In this document: positions 38,310 through 50,572 of the stretch, in pieces
Layout: every line of letters starts with the position of its first letter
Position numbering within the stretch: the first letter of the stretch is position 1
DNA from: Macrostomum lignano
Taxonomy: Eukaryota
Reading direction: 5' to 3'
DNA length: 64,000 bases
Assembly: GCA_002269645.1 (NCBI GenBank)
Contig: NIVC01001489.1
Coordinates: 1 to 64,000, forward strand
The notes under the pieces: model-generated
Database searches by the model: none
The model's input: the letters and a program-made list of their open reading frames with translations, nothing else
What the model was told of the DNA's origin: nothing
Translations under genes and position numbers: made by a program

Positions 38310-39285
38310 GTCTCTCTCTCCTCTCTGCCCCCTCCCCTCCTTTTTCCCCAATTCTCTTCTCTCTCCTCTCTCCCCTCTCCTCTCTCCCCTCTCCTCTCTC
38401 TTCTCTCCTCTCTCTTCTCCTCTCTCCCCTCTCCTCTCTCTCCTCACCTCTCTCTCCTCTCATTCCTCCCCTCTCCTCTCTCTCCTCACCTCTCTCTCCT
38501 CTCATTTCTCCCCTCTCCTCTCTCTCCTCTCCTCTCTCTCCTCTCCTCTCTCTCCTCTCCTCTCTCGTCTCCTCTCTCCTCTCTCCTCTCTCTTCTCCTC
38601 TCTCCCCTCTCCTCTCTCTCCTCACCTCTCTCTCCTCTCATTCCTCCCCTCTCCTCTCTCTCCTCACCTCTCTCTCCTCTCATTTCTCCCCTCTCCTCTC
38701 TCTCCTCTCCTCTCTCTCCTCTCCTCTCTCTCCTCTCCTCTCTCTCCTCTCCTCTCTCTCCTCTCCTGTCTCTCCTCTCCTCTCTCGTCTCCTCTCTCCT
38801 CTCTCCTCTCTCTTCTCTCCTCTCTCTCCTCTCCTCTCTCTCCTCTCCTCTCTCTCCTCTCCTGTCTCTCCTCTCCTCTCTCGTCTCCTCTCTCCTCTCT
38901 CCTCTCTCTTCTCTCCTCTCTCTCCTCTCCTCTCTCCTCTCCTCTCTCTTCTCCTCTCTCCCCTCTCCTCTCTCTCCTCACCTCTCTCTCCTCTTATTTC
39001 TCCCCTCTCCTCTCTCTCCTCTCCTCTCCTCTCTCTTCTCCTCTCTCCCCTCTCCTCTCTCTCCTCACCTCTCTCTCCTCTTATTTCTCCCCTCTCCTCT
39101 CTCTCCTCACCTCTCTCTCCTCTCATTTCTCCTCTCTCTCCTCACCTCTCTCTCCTCTCATTTCTCCTCTCTCCTCTCTCTCCTCTCCTCTCTCTCCTCT
39201 CCTCTCTCTCCTCTCCTGTCTCTCCTCTCCTCTCTCGTCTCCTCTCTCCTCTCTCCTCTCTCGCCTCTCCCCTCCCCTCTTCTCT
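38310..39285. repeat. Polypyrimidine (CT/CCT)-rich tract downstream of ASTE1
   Basis: ~1 kb of almost only C and T. Confidence 0.95.
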
Positions 39286-39774
39286 GGTTTCTATATTACT
39301 TGATTTAGCTTAGGCGGCCAAGCCCCATGATATCCAAAGCCGCCGGGATGATTTCTGTGCCACTATTAAAGAAATGCAATGCTTATTGTTGGAATTTACG
39401 AGTAAATGCTGACGCTGACTGAACCCCAAAGCTTAATTCATTATATTGTTTATCATTTATTCCGCCAAGCCAATGCGCCCAAGTTAAAAGATTGGGTTGT
39501 TAATTAGTCTGTTGATTTTAGTGAGTTTTTATCAATATCAGGCAGCTTCGCTATTCTGTACTGTTAGTAGCTGTTACTACTTAAATTAGTAGTATTTTAA
39601 TATTTATATTTCAATTGCTGTTAAACAGTCTCTGTTTTAGCTTTGCTTGTTTTGGTAATAAATAGTTTATTAGTGAAAAACGAATCCATTTATTGATACA
39701 CGCCATTTCGACACCCGCACGCTGCGCTCTGAAGTTTTATTTCAAATATTTTACTGCGTTTGCTGCTTTTCAAT

Positions 39775-40560
39775 TTTTCTCTATCGGTAATCGATCAAAT
39801 CTCATTAGGAATCATTCAAATCTCATTGGGAATCGATAAAATCTCATTGGGAATCGGTCAAATCTCAGTGAGAATCGGCGAAATCTCATTGGGAATCGCC
39901 AAATCTCATTGGGAATCGGTCAAATCTCAGTTGAAATCGGTCAAATCTCAGTGGGAATCGGTGAAATCTCATTGAAAATTGGTCAGGTCTCAGTGGAAAT
40001 CGGTCAAATCTCATTGGGAATCGATAAAATCTCATTGGGAATCGGTCAAATCTCATTGGGAATCGATAAAATCTCATTGGGAATCGGTCAAATCTCAGTG
40101 AGAATCGGCGAAATCTCATTGGGAATCGGTCAAATCTCATTGGGAATCGGTCAAATCTCAGTGGGAATCGGTCAAATCTCATTGGGAATCGGTCAAATCT
40201 CATTGGGAATCGCCAAATCTCATTGGAAATCGGTCAAATCTCAGTGGGAATCGGTCGAATCTCATTGAAAATTGATCAAGTCTCAGTGGAAGTCGGTCGA
40301 ATCTCATAGAAAATCGCTCAAATCTCATTGAGAATCCGTCAAATCTCATAGAGAGTCGCTCAAATCTCATTCAGAATCTGTCAAATCTCATTGGGAATCG
40401 GTCAAATCTCAGTGAGAATCCGTCAAATCTCAGTGGCAATCCGTCAAATCTCATTGGGAATCGGTCAAGTCTCAGTGAGAATCCGTCAAATCTCAGTGAC
40501 TGTCAAATCTCTTTGAGAATCTGTCAAATCTCATAGGGAATCAGTCAAATCTCATTAAAA
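39775..40560. repeat. 21-bp minisatellite (aatctcattgggaatcggtca)
   Basis: Tandem copies that degenerate towards the 3' end. Confidence 0.92.
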
Positions 40561-40966
40561 CTCAAATCGGATAGAGAATCGCTCATTCTATCAATCTTTT
40601 CTGTATTGCAATCATTCTTTGCAAGTGTCACATGGTACCGCAGTGTACGGAGCACTTCAACTCGAGAAGCAGAAATGAAAATCAATAAAGTATTTCGACA
40701 ATATTATGTGAAATAAGACAATGCTCCGTATCCCTTTGCGATCGAAGCCAGTGCCACATTGGATAAGGGGATATGCGTTTACACTCACGCTCGTTCCAGT
40801 TCCAGTCACAGCCTGTGCTGCATTCCATAAGTTTCTATAACCTCCTTACTCTCTCTTCCCCTTAACTGGAATTTCTGCCAAGTATATTAAGTTGCTTACC
40901 AGCCAAGCAACGTAAAGTCAAAAAATTATTTTTAAAGCTAGAGATACTCTTGAAATCGAAAGTTCG

Positions 40967-43892
40967 ATGGCGTCGTGTAACGACAGGATTCTGAAGTCTG
41001 GCTGGCTGTTTCGAAAGAGTGAGTTTACTCTATCGGAACTGCGTTTTTTTAAAGTTGAGTTTTATTGAGTGCTTTATCGACCAGAGTTTTAATTGGAGAG
41101 GCGCCCTAAGCAGCGCCAGTATTTGGCTCTTGGTAGGCGCCCCCTGTCTCTTGGTTGGATTCCCTGTCTCTTGGTTGGAATCCCTGTCTCTTGGTTGGTC
41201 CTTGTCTCTTGGATGGAATCCCTGTCTCTTGGTTGGAATCCCTGTCTCTTGGTTGGAATCCCTGTCTCTTGGTTGGATTCCCTGTCTCTTGGTTGGAATC
41301 CCTGTCTCTTGGTTGGTCCTTGTCTCTTGGATGGAATCCCTGTCTCTTGGTTGGAATCCCTGTCTCCTGGTTGGAATCCCTGTCTCTTGGTTGGAATCCC
41401 TGTCTCTTGGTTGGTCCTTGTCTCTTGGATGGAATCCCTGTCTCTTGGTTGGAATCCCTGTCTCTTGGTTGGAATCCCTGTCTCTTGGTTGGTCCTTGTC
41501 TCTTGGATGGAATCCCTGTCTCTTGGTTGGAATCCCTGTCTCTTGGTTGGAATCCCTGTCTCTTGGTTGGTCCTTGTCTCTTGGATGGAATCCCTGTCTC
41601 TTGGTTGGAATCCCTGTCTCTTGGTTGGAATCCCTGTCTCTTGGTTGGTCCTTGTCTCTTGGATGGAATCCCTGTCTCTTGGTTGGAATCCCTGTCTCTT
41701 GGTTGGTCCTTGTCTCTTGGATGGAATCCCTGTCTCTTGGTTGGAATCCCTGTCTCTTGGTTGGAGTCCCTGTCTCTTGGTTGGAGTCCCTGTCTCTTGG
41801 TTGGTCCTTGTCTCTTGGATGGAATCCCTGTCTCTTGGATGGAATCCCTGTCTCTTGGTTGGAATCCCTGTCTCTTGGTTGGTCCTTGTCTCTTGGTTGG
41901 AATCCCTGTCTCTTGGTTGGAGTCCCTGTCTCTTGGTTGGAATCCCTGTCTCTTGGTTGGAATCCCTGTCTCTTGGTTGGAATCCCTGTCTCTTGGTTGG
42001 AATCCCTGTCTCTTGGTTGGAATCCCTGTCTCTTGGTTGGAATCCCTGTCTCTTGGTTAGAATCCCTGTCTCTTGGTTGGAATCCCTGTCTCTTGGTTGC
42101 AATCCCTGTCTCTTGGTTGCAATCCCTGTCTCTTGGTTGCAATCCCTGTCTCTTGGTTGGAATCCCTGTCTCTTGGTTGGAATCCCTGTCTCTTGGTTAG
42201 AATCCCTGTCTCTTGGTTGGAATCCCTGTCTCTTGGTTGCAATCCCTGTCTCTTGGTTGGAGTCCCTGTCTCTTGGTTGGAATCCCTGTCTCTTGGTTGG
42301 AGTCCCTGTCTTTTGGTTGGAATCCCTGTCTCTTGGTTGGAATCCTTGTCTCTTGGTTGGAATCCCTGTCTCTTGGTTGGAGTCCCTGTCTCTTGGTTGG
42401 AGTCCCTGTCTCTTGGTTGGAATCCCTGTCTCTTGGTTGGAATCCCTGTCTCTTGGTTGGAATCCCTGTCTCTTGGTTGGAGTCCCTGTCTCTTGGTTGG
42501 AATCCCTGTCTCTTGGTTAGAATCCCTGTCTCTTGGTTGGAATCCCTGTCTCTTGGTTGGAATCCCTGTCTCTTGGTTGGAATCCCTGTCTCTTGGTTGG
42601 AATCCCTGTCTCTTGGTTGGAGTCCCTGTCTCTTGGTTGGAATCCCTGTCTCTTGGTTGGAGTCCCTGTCTCTTGGTTGGAGTCCCTGTCTCTTGGTTGG
42701 AATCCCTGTCTCTTGGTTGGAATCCCTGTCTCTTGGTTGGAATCCCTGTCTCTTGGTTGGAATCCCTGTCTCTTGCCAATTGCAATCCTCTTGGTTGCAA
42801 TCCACAGGCCGATTTCCTAGAAAAATTGCACTGCGGAGATAGCAAATCAATATTTCATCATAAAAATCAATAATTGCATTTGATCTGCGGCAGAAAAGAT
42901 AACTATCATTTTAATTTTGCATGCGCAGCATATTCCGCTTATATGTTATAAAGTTTTATTTGCATATTGCTTTCTTGTTATTTAATAAGCCTTCAAAAAT
43001 TACACGATCTAAAAATCTGTCAAAGCCTGTTGAGTTGTCCTCAAAAACTTTGTCTCGCTGGCGCTCCTTTGACCAGGTGACTTTCTACGCCGCTGGAAGC
43101 GCAGCTGGGTGGTGATCGACTGCAACGGCGATCTGAGCTACTTCGAGTCGCCGCGAAGCGGCACCGCCGAGGACACCATCGTGCTGCCGCTGGAGGTGCT
43201 GTCAGCCCGGCTTGTGGCACAGTTGTTTTCTAGAATATACAATGGCTTGGGTAGTAACTTTTAGCCTAACATTTATAGTCAATAGTCATTATTGTGCTAA
43301 CTATACCAAGAGGGGAAACTTATGAGGGCCGACCCCCAAGGCGGATGTACACCCTGTGTGAGCGTGTGTGTGAGTGCGTGCCCAGGAGTCTGCGGAATGG
43401 GCTGAGTTGCCTCAGCCTTCGTGAAATCATTTCCAGGTGCAGCGAGTCCTAGTTGGCGACAAATGCAACGTCTCGCCGCCAGACGGCGCCCCGGTTGACG
43501 CTCTGTTCGCCCTGGAGACGCCGGAGAAGACGTGGGAGTTCTGCGCCGAGAACGCCGACGATCGGGTGGCCTGGACGGAGGCCGTGGCCAGCGGTCGCCA
43601 GGTTCGCCCCCAGCCCGGCCGGTTCTCGCCGCCGCCGGCCTACACGAACGGCGACTCGCCCTATCGTCGGGAACGAGTCGTCTACGTTGAGAACGGCCGC
43701 CAGGTGCCGGCGCAGGTGATCTACCATCCAGATGGCAACACCATCGTTGTGTACGACGACGGCAGGCCGCCCTACTGCAACCGGCACAGCTGCTACGGCT
43801 GTCACTCCTGCTGCGCCGGTGACGCGGCCCTGGGCTTCGCCACCGGAGCCCTGCTGTTCTCGCCGCTGATGTGGTGGCCCATGTGGTACTGA
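40967..43892 (+). CDS. PLEKHB2: Evectin / pleckstrin-homology domain family B-like protein
   Basis: Exons 40967-41018, 43077-43195, 43437-43892 (208 aa): ILKSGWLFRKSDFLRRWKRSWVVIDCNGDLSYFE...PPDG...FCAENADDRVAW...PPPAY... and a C-terminal hydrophobic ALGFATGALLFSPLMWW. This matches the PLEKHB architecture; PLEKHB1 and PLEKHB2 cannot be told apart here. Confidence 0.8.
41135..42775. repeat. 20-bp minisatellite (ggttggaatccctgtctctt) in PLEKHB intron 1
   Basis: Tandem copies with an 18-bp variant. Confidence 0.97.
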
Positions 43893-44160
43893 CTGGTGCT
43901 GCGTCACCGGATTGACAGTTTATATTTTGCTGCACCCTGAATATAAGTACAGTGCGGGCTGACAGTCAATTTTTATTGCACTTGTTCAGTTTATCGGAGT
44001 CCATCGCAAATTTGAAATTGTCCGAGCTACAATGATGTACTTCTGATGTACATGTAATCCGAGTACTTTCTGCGAAGCCTCAATAAAAATTTGGGAAAGG
44101 TGTCCGAGTTTTGCTTCGACATTGCTTCTAAAATGTGTTTTAGCTGTAGTTATACTTTTA

Positions 44161-44206
44161 GGGGGTTGCAGTCTAGTGGTTAGAGCGTCGAACTCACGAC
44201 TGAAAG
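44161..44206 (+). mobile_element. 5' fragment of a tRNA-derived SINE
   Basis: gggggttgcagtctagtggttagagcgtcgaactcacgactgaaag matches the head of the copy at 56240-56518 (-). Confidence 0.65.
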
Positions 44207-44776
44207 CCCCCCCCCCCAACGCGTGTGTATGCTCTGTCTCGTTTGGGTTGGGTGATCGCCCACCCCTCTGCCTGGATCCATTTGTAATGTAAACTTTGCA
44301 TTGAGACTAAGACTTGCCTGTGAAATAAGTCGCACGAGATTTGCTCATCACTGGAAGCTGCTGCTTCAGCCAGCAAATTCGAACTGATAAAAATAATTTC
44401 ATGCTAGTTCTGCCAGAGCTGAACTAGCTTTAAAATTAGAAACAAGACACTAACAAATTCGTCATAAAGTTTACAAGGGGCTGCAGAATGTGCCAGTGCA
44501 GTCGCAAGTATATATTGCTTGTCGCTATGGAACATTGCGAGACAAAATCTGACGAAACGAACTGCAACCTGCGGCTCTTCCGGCAGCATGTCTGTCTCAG
44601 ACTGGGGGCTTCGCATGGAATCTACACGACTGCTATAAACAGTGCAATAGTGGCTCGATTATTTATCAACCTCAGGCTGCAAGATATAAACTTTGGCTGC
44701 CAGCTTAAAACATATAAATGAATAGATCATATTTTCTGCGATAGCAAACCGCTTCTGCTAAACCCGGCCCTCAGTG

Positions 44777-47700
44777 ATGAGAACACTGACTTTGGTTTTC
44801 GTATTGATAGCAGCCTCGGCTGCTTTAGACGACACAGCTGATGACGCTCCTACGCCGCTGTACGTGCGCCTGAACGATACCAGAGTGGCTTGCATTTGCC
44901 AGCAAGAGCTGGCCAGCAAAAATGTTCGCTGCCGCCTGCTTGAAGCGAAGAACTCCAGCGCCGTTGGTTTCGACTGCAAGGAGCTGCCATTCAAGATTAT
45001 ATCCAGCCTGTCCATCGACTGCGGCAACTTCACCCTCAGCAGCGAGATCGACCTGCACGAGATGACATTCCGGCACGAGCACTTCTATCCGCCTTACCAC
45101 GTCGAGCTGATCGGCTGTAGAATTCACTTCGACTTACTCAGCTTCGGCCAGCTGATCCACGAAAACGTCAGCACGCACGAGAGCGTCGAGCTGGCGATGT
45201 TCGGCCCGATAAAGCCGCGACTGGCGGCTCAGTACACGGAGAGGCTCGAGTACAACACCAGCAGTTTCAAGCCCAGCAGCTGCAAGCTCATGTCTCTGGT
45301 TCTGCGCAGCTGCATTGTCGTGTACTTCCCAATCTATCTCAATATGAAGTGCTTCAACCTGGTCAATATGCAGCTCATCGATACTCCCCTGAACGTGATT
45401 AGCGTGTCGAACATGGTTGGAGCAATGTCCCTACAGCAATTCACTGTGAGCCATTCCAACCTGACCGAGGCGGCCGAGAATATCTACGACATAGTTTTGG
45501 ACTCGTTGAATCATTACCTGGATGACGCTATTGCCAATGGCACGGTGCCCCTACGCAACGAAACGGACTGGCTGGTGCGCCTGAAGAAGCAGTACGGCCG
45601 GTTCACCTGGCAGAAGATGCTATTCAAGGCTAGCGACGAAAGCACCACCGGAGGCGGCTTCACGTTCAGCTTTGCCAAGCGGCGCATTCGTGACGAATCT
45701 GCAGAGTCCGAGAAGTGGGAGCTGATACCCAGCCAGCTAGCCACTCTGAACTTCTCCTACAACCGGCTCACTAAAATACCCAATTTAGTCTCCCTACTTG
45801 GCAATCTTCGCGAATTAGATTTGAGCCACAATGAGATTTCAAGCCTGTACGACTACGACATGTGCTGGCCGCCTTCTTACGAATTGGCCCGGTGCTACTG
45901 GTTTCGCGGGCCCAAGGACAGCCTGAGAAAGCTGGACCTGTCCTACAATCGAATCCCGTTTATCGGGGTCGTTTCGCCGTGGTTTGAAGTAAGTTTTTGC
46001 ATAATGTCACGCCTTCTGACCTTGAAATCAAGCAGGGAATTCTGGCCTGGGGCTTGTGTGTTTTATCACCTAAGAGTAGGAGGACTCCTCCAGGGCATAG
46101 AGTGGTGGTCACGGGGCTCTTTGCACATACATGTATCCGTGTACGCGTAATACCGTGTCAGAAAATCCCAACTGGCAACCAGAAGTTGCTTTAGTGCTCT
46201 ACTTACGATATAGCCATGTGCTGCATTTACAATTCCTATTCTAGGTAAATCTTCAATACCTGGATCTGTCGCACAACAGGATCAAGTCTCTAAATGCGAT
46301 GGCATTCAATAATTCGCTACTTCCTTCGAGTCTCGTGGAGCTCAACCTCGATTATAACTGGTTGCAGAGCTTTGAGCTTGCGTCGCTGGCCCGCTTGGAG
46401 AAACTTTGGGTTCGGAACAATGATCTCAAAGTGATTTCTCTCCGGAGCATTCCTCAGTCACCTTTTCTTACTTTTATTGGGCTGAATGACAACCTGATTA
46501 GCGACATTGACTGCGGCTGTTTTGTAAACCTCACCAGCCTGCGCAGCCTGGACTTGAGAAGCAACAGCATCAAAGTTTGGAATGCCGACTACTTCATGAT
46601 GAGCAATAGGACTAACCAAGCCTCCAGGGTTATGCTGTACATATCTGGACAGAAAGTAACCCAGCTGTGCACCTGTAACCACGTTTATGCTGTTTCAGAA
46701 ATCGAGCTTCAGAAGCATACGAAAGCGTGCTCAGAAGTGTACAAATATCCGCAGTTCTCATACAATGAGACCAGGGACTACCACTGTGAATTTTTCATGC
46801 ACGAAAATGTCACCCAAAAAACAAATAAAAGTTTGAGAGCATCCACGCCAAGTAACTTTATTTGTCCCTACTATGGCTACATTGAGGTTGAAGTGCCTAG
46901 AAGGTACTGTTTTAAGAACTCAAGCACGGGATGCCGTACCAGGTGCATCAGCTCCTGCCTGTGCTGGCACTCTCGCGACTGGTCCTACGCTGACATCAAC
47001 TGCGACAACATGCACGCCGATCCGTTCAACTTTCCTATCCGAATACCGGTGAAGAAGCTGTCGCTAAACAGGATCTCAATGATTGGCATTGCTGGCAAGT
47101 TCTCAGTCGGCATGCTCCGATGGGCGAAGGGCAAGGAGTCACCTTCGACGAAGCTGCGCTACCTCAGCATGTGCTATAGCCACATCTTGGAGATCGAAGA
47201 TCACGCCTTCAACTTGACTAGATACGGAACCCAGTACAACATCGAGGTGCTGGAACTAAGGGGAAACCGACTGCGAATAATTAGTCAGTTTACATTCTCC
47301 GGCCTGGAGAAGACGCTTTCGACTCTCGATTTGAGCAGCAATCTCATCCGACCATTCGATATGAACATCTTCAAATCGTTTAGCCGACTTTCAAACTTGA
47401 CTTTGCGCGGCAATGCGTGGGTGTGCTCGTGCCGCTCTGAGTGGCTCACCTTCCAGCAGCAGCTCATCAACATATCTGTAGCCGGGCAGTTTGTTAGCGA
47501 CTTCAGTCTCATCAGTTGCAGCTTCAATGACTCAGAGTTCAATAAGGCGTACAGAGAGTTCTTGAATTCCGGTTGGAGCAACAAGGGACTTCCGTTAAAC
47601 TTGAGCGCGCCCTACTCAGTCGATGATGGAGGAAAACTTCGTAAGCTCTGCGCCGCCATGGAAACCTATCAGGAAGCGATGCGTCAAGCCACGGTCAAGT

Positions 47701-48637
47701 GGATGCTGATTACCGTAGCCTCAATCCTTGGCAGTCTTCTGCTTCTAGCGCTGATTACCAAGCGGCACAAAGTGTACGGAGCGGTTGAAATGTTCTTCAT
47801 CCTAAAGTACATGCAAAGAAAACGGCTAATGGACTCCAGCGAAGCCGGAGCTCTTGCTCGCTGCGGTAATGGCGACGAATTCGAGTTTGACGTCTTCTTT
47901 CTGGCCGATCAACAGGTAAGGTGTTCCTGACAGATTTCGTATCAATATGGGCATTCATACGTACTCCGTACGTACTCATACGTACTCGTACTCCGAACAT
48001 TCGTCAGGATGAGTCCACACTGGTCGGGGTGCTCCGCGATCTGGACTCGGCGTTCCGATTCTACCGACTGAGCAGCTCGCACTCGATGGACTACGCCGTG
48101 CACAGGGGCAGCGGGTTCATGCAGCAGACTCGCTTCGAGTCCGTTTCGGACGGCGTCCGGTTCAGTCGCACCGTTGTAGTCCTGTTGTCCAAGCGGTTCC
48201 TTCACTCCGGCTTCCACGACCTGCTGCAGGCGGTCAGCGAAATTTCAGCCAGCGGTCGCAACCCTGCCGACTACATCGTGCTACTGAAGCTCTCCCGCGG
48301 CGTGTCCAGCGAGCACGAGCAACTGCGACACTCCTACGGTCGCCAGGTCTCCGGCGCGGTCGCCGCTCTGTTCAGCCGGTCCGTGAAGCACGGCAGCATC
48401 GACTGGGAGTATAAAGTGGCTTCGCTGGTCTGTCGGGCCAAATTCAATCGCGCTGTCGCGGCCGGTCCGGCACTGAAGGCGTTCCTGTCTCCGGGCGGCG
48501 AGGCGACCAACGACGAGGAGACGGACGAGATGGCTGCCGCGACCGCTACCGGAAGCCGGGAGGGAGCCTCCCTATTGGGTGACGTCTGCGCAATGGACCT
48601 GGCCAGTGAGGCAGACGGGTGGATAAAATTAAAATAG
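44777..48637 (+). CDS. Toll-like receptor (signal peptide, LRRs, LRRCT, LRRNT, LRRs, LRRCT, TM, TIR), multi-cysteine-cluster type
   Basis: Exons 44777-45988, 46245-47915, 48008-48637 (or to 48605 if spliced onward). LRRs such as LRELDLSHNEI and LRSLDLRSNSI; internal LCTCNH plus CISSCLCW...INC; LRGNAWVCSC; TM WMLITVASILGSLLLLALITKR; TIR box 1 FEFDVFFL and SRTVVVLLSKRFLHS. Confidence 0.88.
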
Positions 48638-48796
48638 ACGTATTTATAAATGGCTACTAGAATTCAATATGCTAGTTCTATGGACTCGTTTTTAAGCTGA
48701 CGGCCAATCAATCAACCTTCCAAGACACTTAAAATGTACTAAAAAATTCCTGACAACAAGGAAGCAAAGAGCTGTAAAAAACCTATACGACAGCAC

Positions 48797-49131
48797 TGGC
48801 GCCCCTGGTGCTGGCGCCCCTGGTGCTGGCGCCCCTGGTGCTGGCGCCCCTGGTGCTGGCGCCCCTGGTGCTGGCGCCCCTGGTGCTGGCGCCCCTGGTG
48901 CTGGCGCCCCTGGTGCTGGCGCCCCTGTGCTGGCGCCCCTGGTGCTGGCGCCCCTGGTGCTGGCGCCCCTGGTGCTGGCGCCCCTGGTGCTGGCGCCCCT
49001 GGTGCTGGCGCCCCTGGTGCTGGCGCCCCTGGTGCTGGCGCCCCTGGTGCTGGCGCCCCTGGTGCTGGCGCCCCTGGTGCTGGCGCCCCTGGTGCTGGCG
49101 CCCCTGGTGCTGGCGCCCCTGGTGCTGGCGC
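48797..49131. repeat. 15-bp GC-rich minisatellite (ggcgcccctggtgct)
   Basis: Tandem copies; they explain the VLAPL, GAPAP and WRPWC ORFs. Confidence 0.97.
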
Positions 49132-49221
49132 TTCCTCGCGATGAAATATCCTCACCATTGCCCTGCCCAAGCCTTTCACCCATATTTAAATTTACTGAAA
49201 ACAATCTTTCTCCCATCGAAG

Positions 49222-49814
49222 GCCAGCTGACGCAGCCCGGGCAGCAGCCGCTTCCAGAATGGCCGCCTCACTCGGGCGGATACGGCTGCGACGTGCTGCT
49301 GCTGGCGCTACCGGCAGCACCAGAGGAAGCCAGCGCTGACGCCCTTTTGCGCGCCATCATCGCTGAGTGCTCCAGCCGCCGCCTGCTATTGGCCTCCTGC
49401 CAGCAGTCGCTGGTCAACGCTTTTCCCGACACTTTCGAGCGCGTACTGGCCGGCGCTTCCGAAGCCGCCAAGCCTCGGTTTCTCAAGTGCACGCGTCAGT
49501 TCGTCATCCTGCTGACGCCCTCCATGGCGCGCTGGTTCCAGGAAGACAACCATGATAACCGACGCCTGCTAGACAATCTGATCGAGCTGCAGCAGGTGAC
49601 GCGAGTGACGCGGCGAATCCTGGTGTTCCTGGACGACCGGCTGAGCGCTGACACGGCTGACAGCTACAGGCGGCTGGCTGACAGGAACCTGCCGGAGAGC
49701 GTCACGCCCGGCAACCACTTCCGGCTGGCCGAGGCGGCAGAGTCAGCCAACGAAGGACAGTGGAAGCGGGCGCTTTACCTACGGACGGCCGACCGGACTG
49801 ACTTGGTCGGCTGA
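49222..49814 (+). CDS. Second TIR-like domain exon, probably the final exon of the TLR
   Basis: Open GC-rich frame with YGCDVLLLAL (box 1-like), QFVILLTPSM and RRILVFLDD. A join from donor cca|gtgagg (48605/6) to acceptor gaag|gc (49221/2) is phase-compatible, but the junction is uncertain. Confidence 0.55.
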
Positions 49815-50022
49815 GTGTTAAACTTATTTGTGACGAATGGCCGTTCAACGGCCTGGCTGTAAGAATAAGAGAGAAGGTAGTTTTTTGGACATTTCGAAGT
49901 TAAATTTACAATTTCTCATTGTGTAAATAGTCGGTGTTGATCTACAAGTTTGCTACCGATTCAAGTTTAGAAAAATGTGATTATTTCTGGAAACAAGCAA
50001 TCGAGACTGGACAGGAACAACC

Positions 50023-50572
50023 CAAGGGCTACTCAAGTAGGACGAAAAAACTGCGATTCTTGGAAACTTTTCGGAGGCTGATTTTACCGAAAAAATACAT
50101 TACGGAGATAGCTGCAAGGTTTTAAGTTTTTTAGCACAAACATTTTTATTGCTTTTGATAGAAGGCAGACACAATGTTCATCTTTTGATATGTCTTGCCC
50201 TTCTTATAGCTCGAGATTCGAGGGTTGGAGCTCCTGCTACATTTTAGTTTATAACTTTTGTTTCAATTGTCTGGTTTAAAAAATGCTAAAGTTAATATAA
50301 AGAAGAAAGTTGCCGCTATAAAATTGTGCAAAATGATATTTTTTGAATCATTAGAACGAGAGATATAATGAAAAGTAACACTAATTTGAGACAGCCCTCG
50401 TAGAATCCTAATTTTCTGAACGAAAAGCTTTATGAATATGAATAGAGCTATAAGAAAGGCAAGATACGCTCGCATCAAAAGATTTATTTTTTCGGTAAAA
50501 TCTGCTGTCTAAAATTTTCCAAGAAACGTAATTTCCCGTCCAGCTTTTACTGGACGGACGAGTAGTCCTTTG
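50023..50572. mobile_element. Foldback/MITE family F copy with long inverted arms
   Basis: Termini caagggctactc / gagtagtcctttg. The arms share the ...ttaccgaaaaaatacattacggagatag motif with 739-960. Further fragments lie at ~51290-51500 and ~53530-53700. Confidence 0.7.

Noticed and set aside
37585-39303. ERRGE-rich and SPLS-rich ORFs
   Set aside because: They derive from a low-complexity CT tract and the antisense of ASTE1.
41019-42873. Overlapping repeat ORFs on both strands
   Set aside because: They are translations of a 20-bp minisatellite in PLEKHB intron 1.
44194-44721. Short ORFs between PLEKHB and the TLR
   Set aside because: They have no recognisable motifs or splice structure.
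6857-49221. General avoidance of AG in intronic satellites
   Set aside because: It holds for the 16-, 20-, 21-, 15-, 5- and 4-bp units but not for the 32-bp (19585), 19-, 14- and 43-bp units, so it is not a rule.
48692-49230. Collagen-like or Pro-rich ORFs (GAPAP, VLAPL, WRPWC)
   Set aside because: They are a 15-bp tandem repeat with a frameshifting 14-bp unit. Only the unique 3' part of ORF 48927-49814 is treated as coding.
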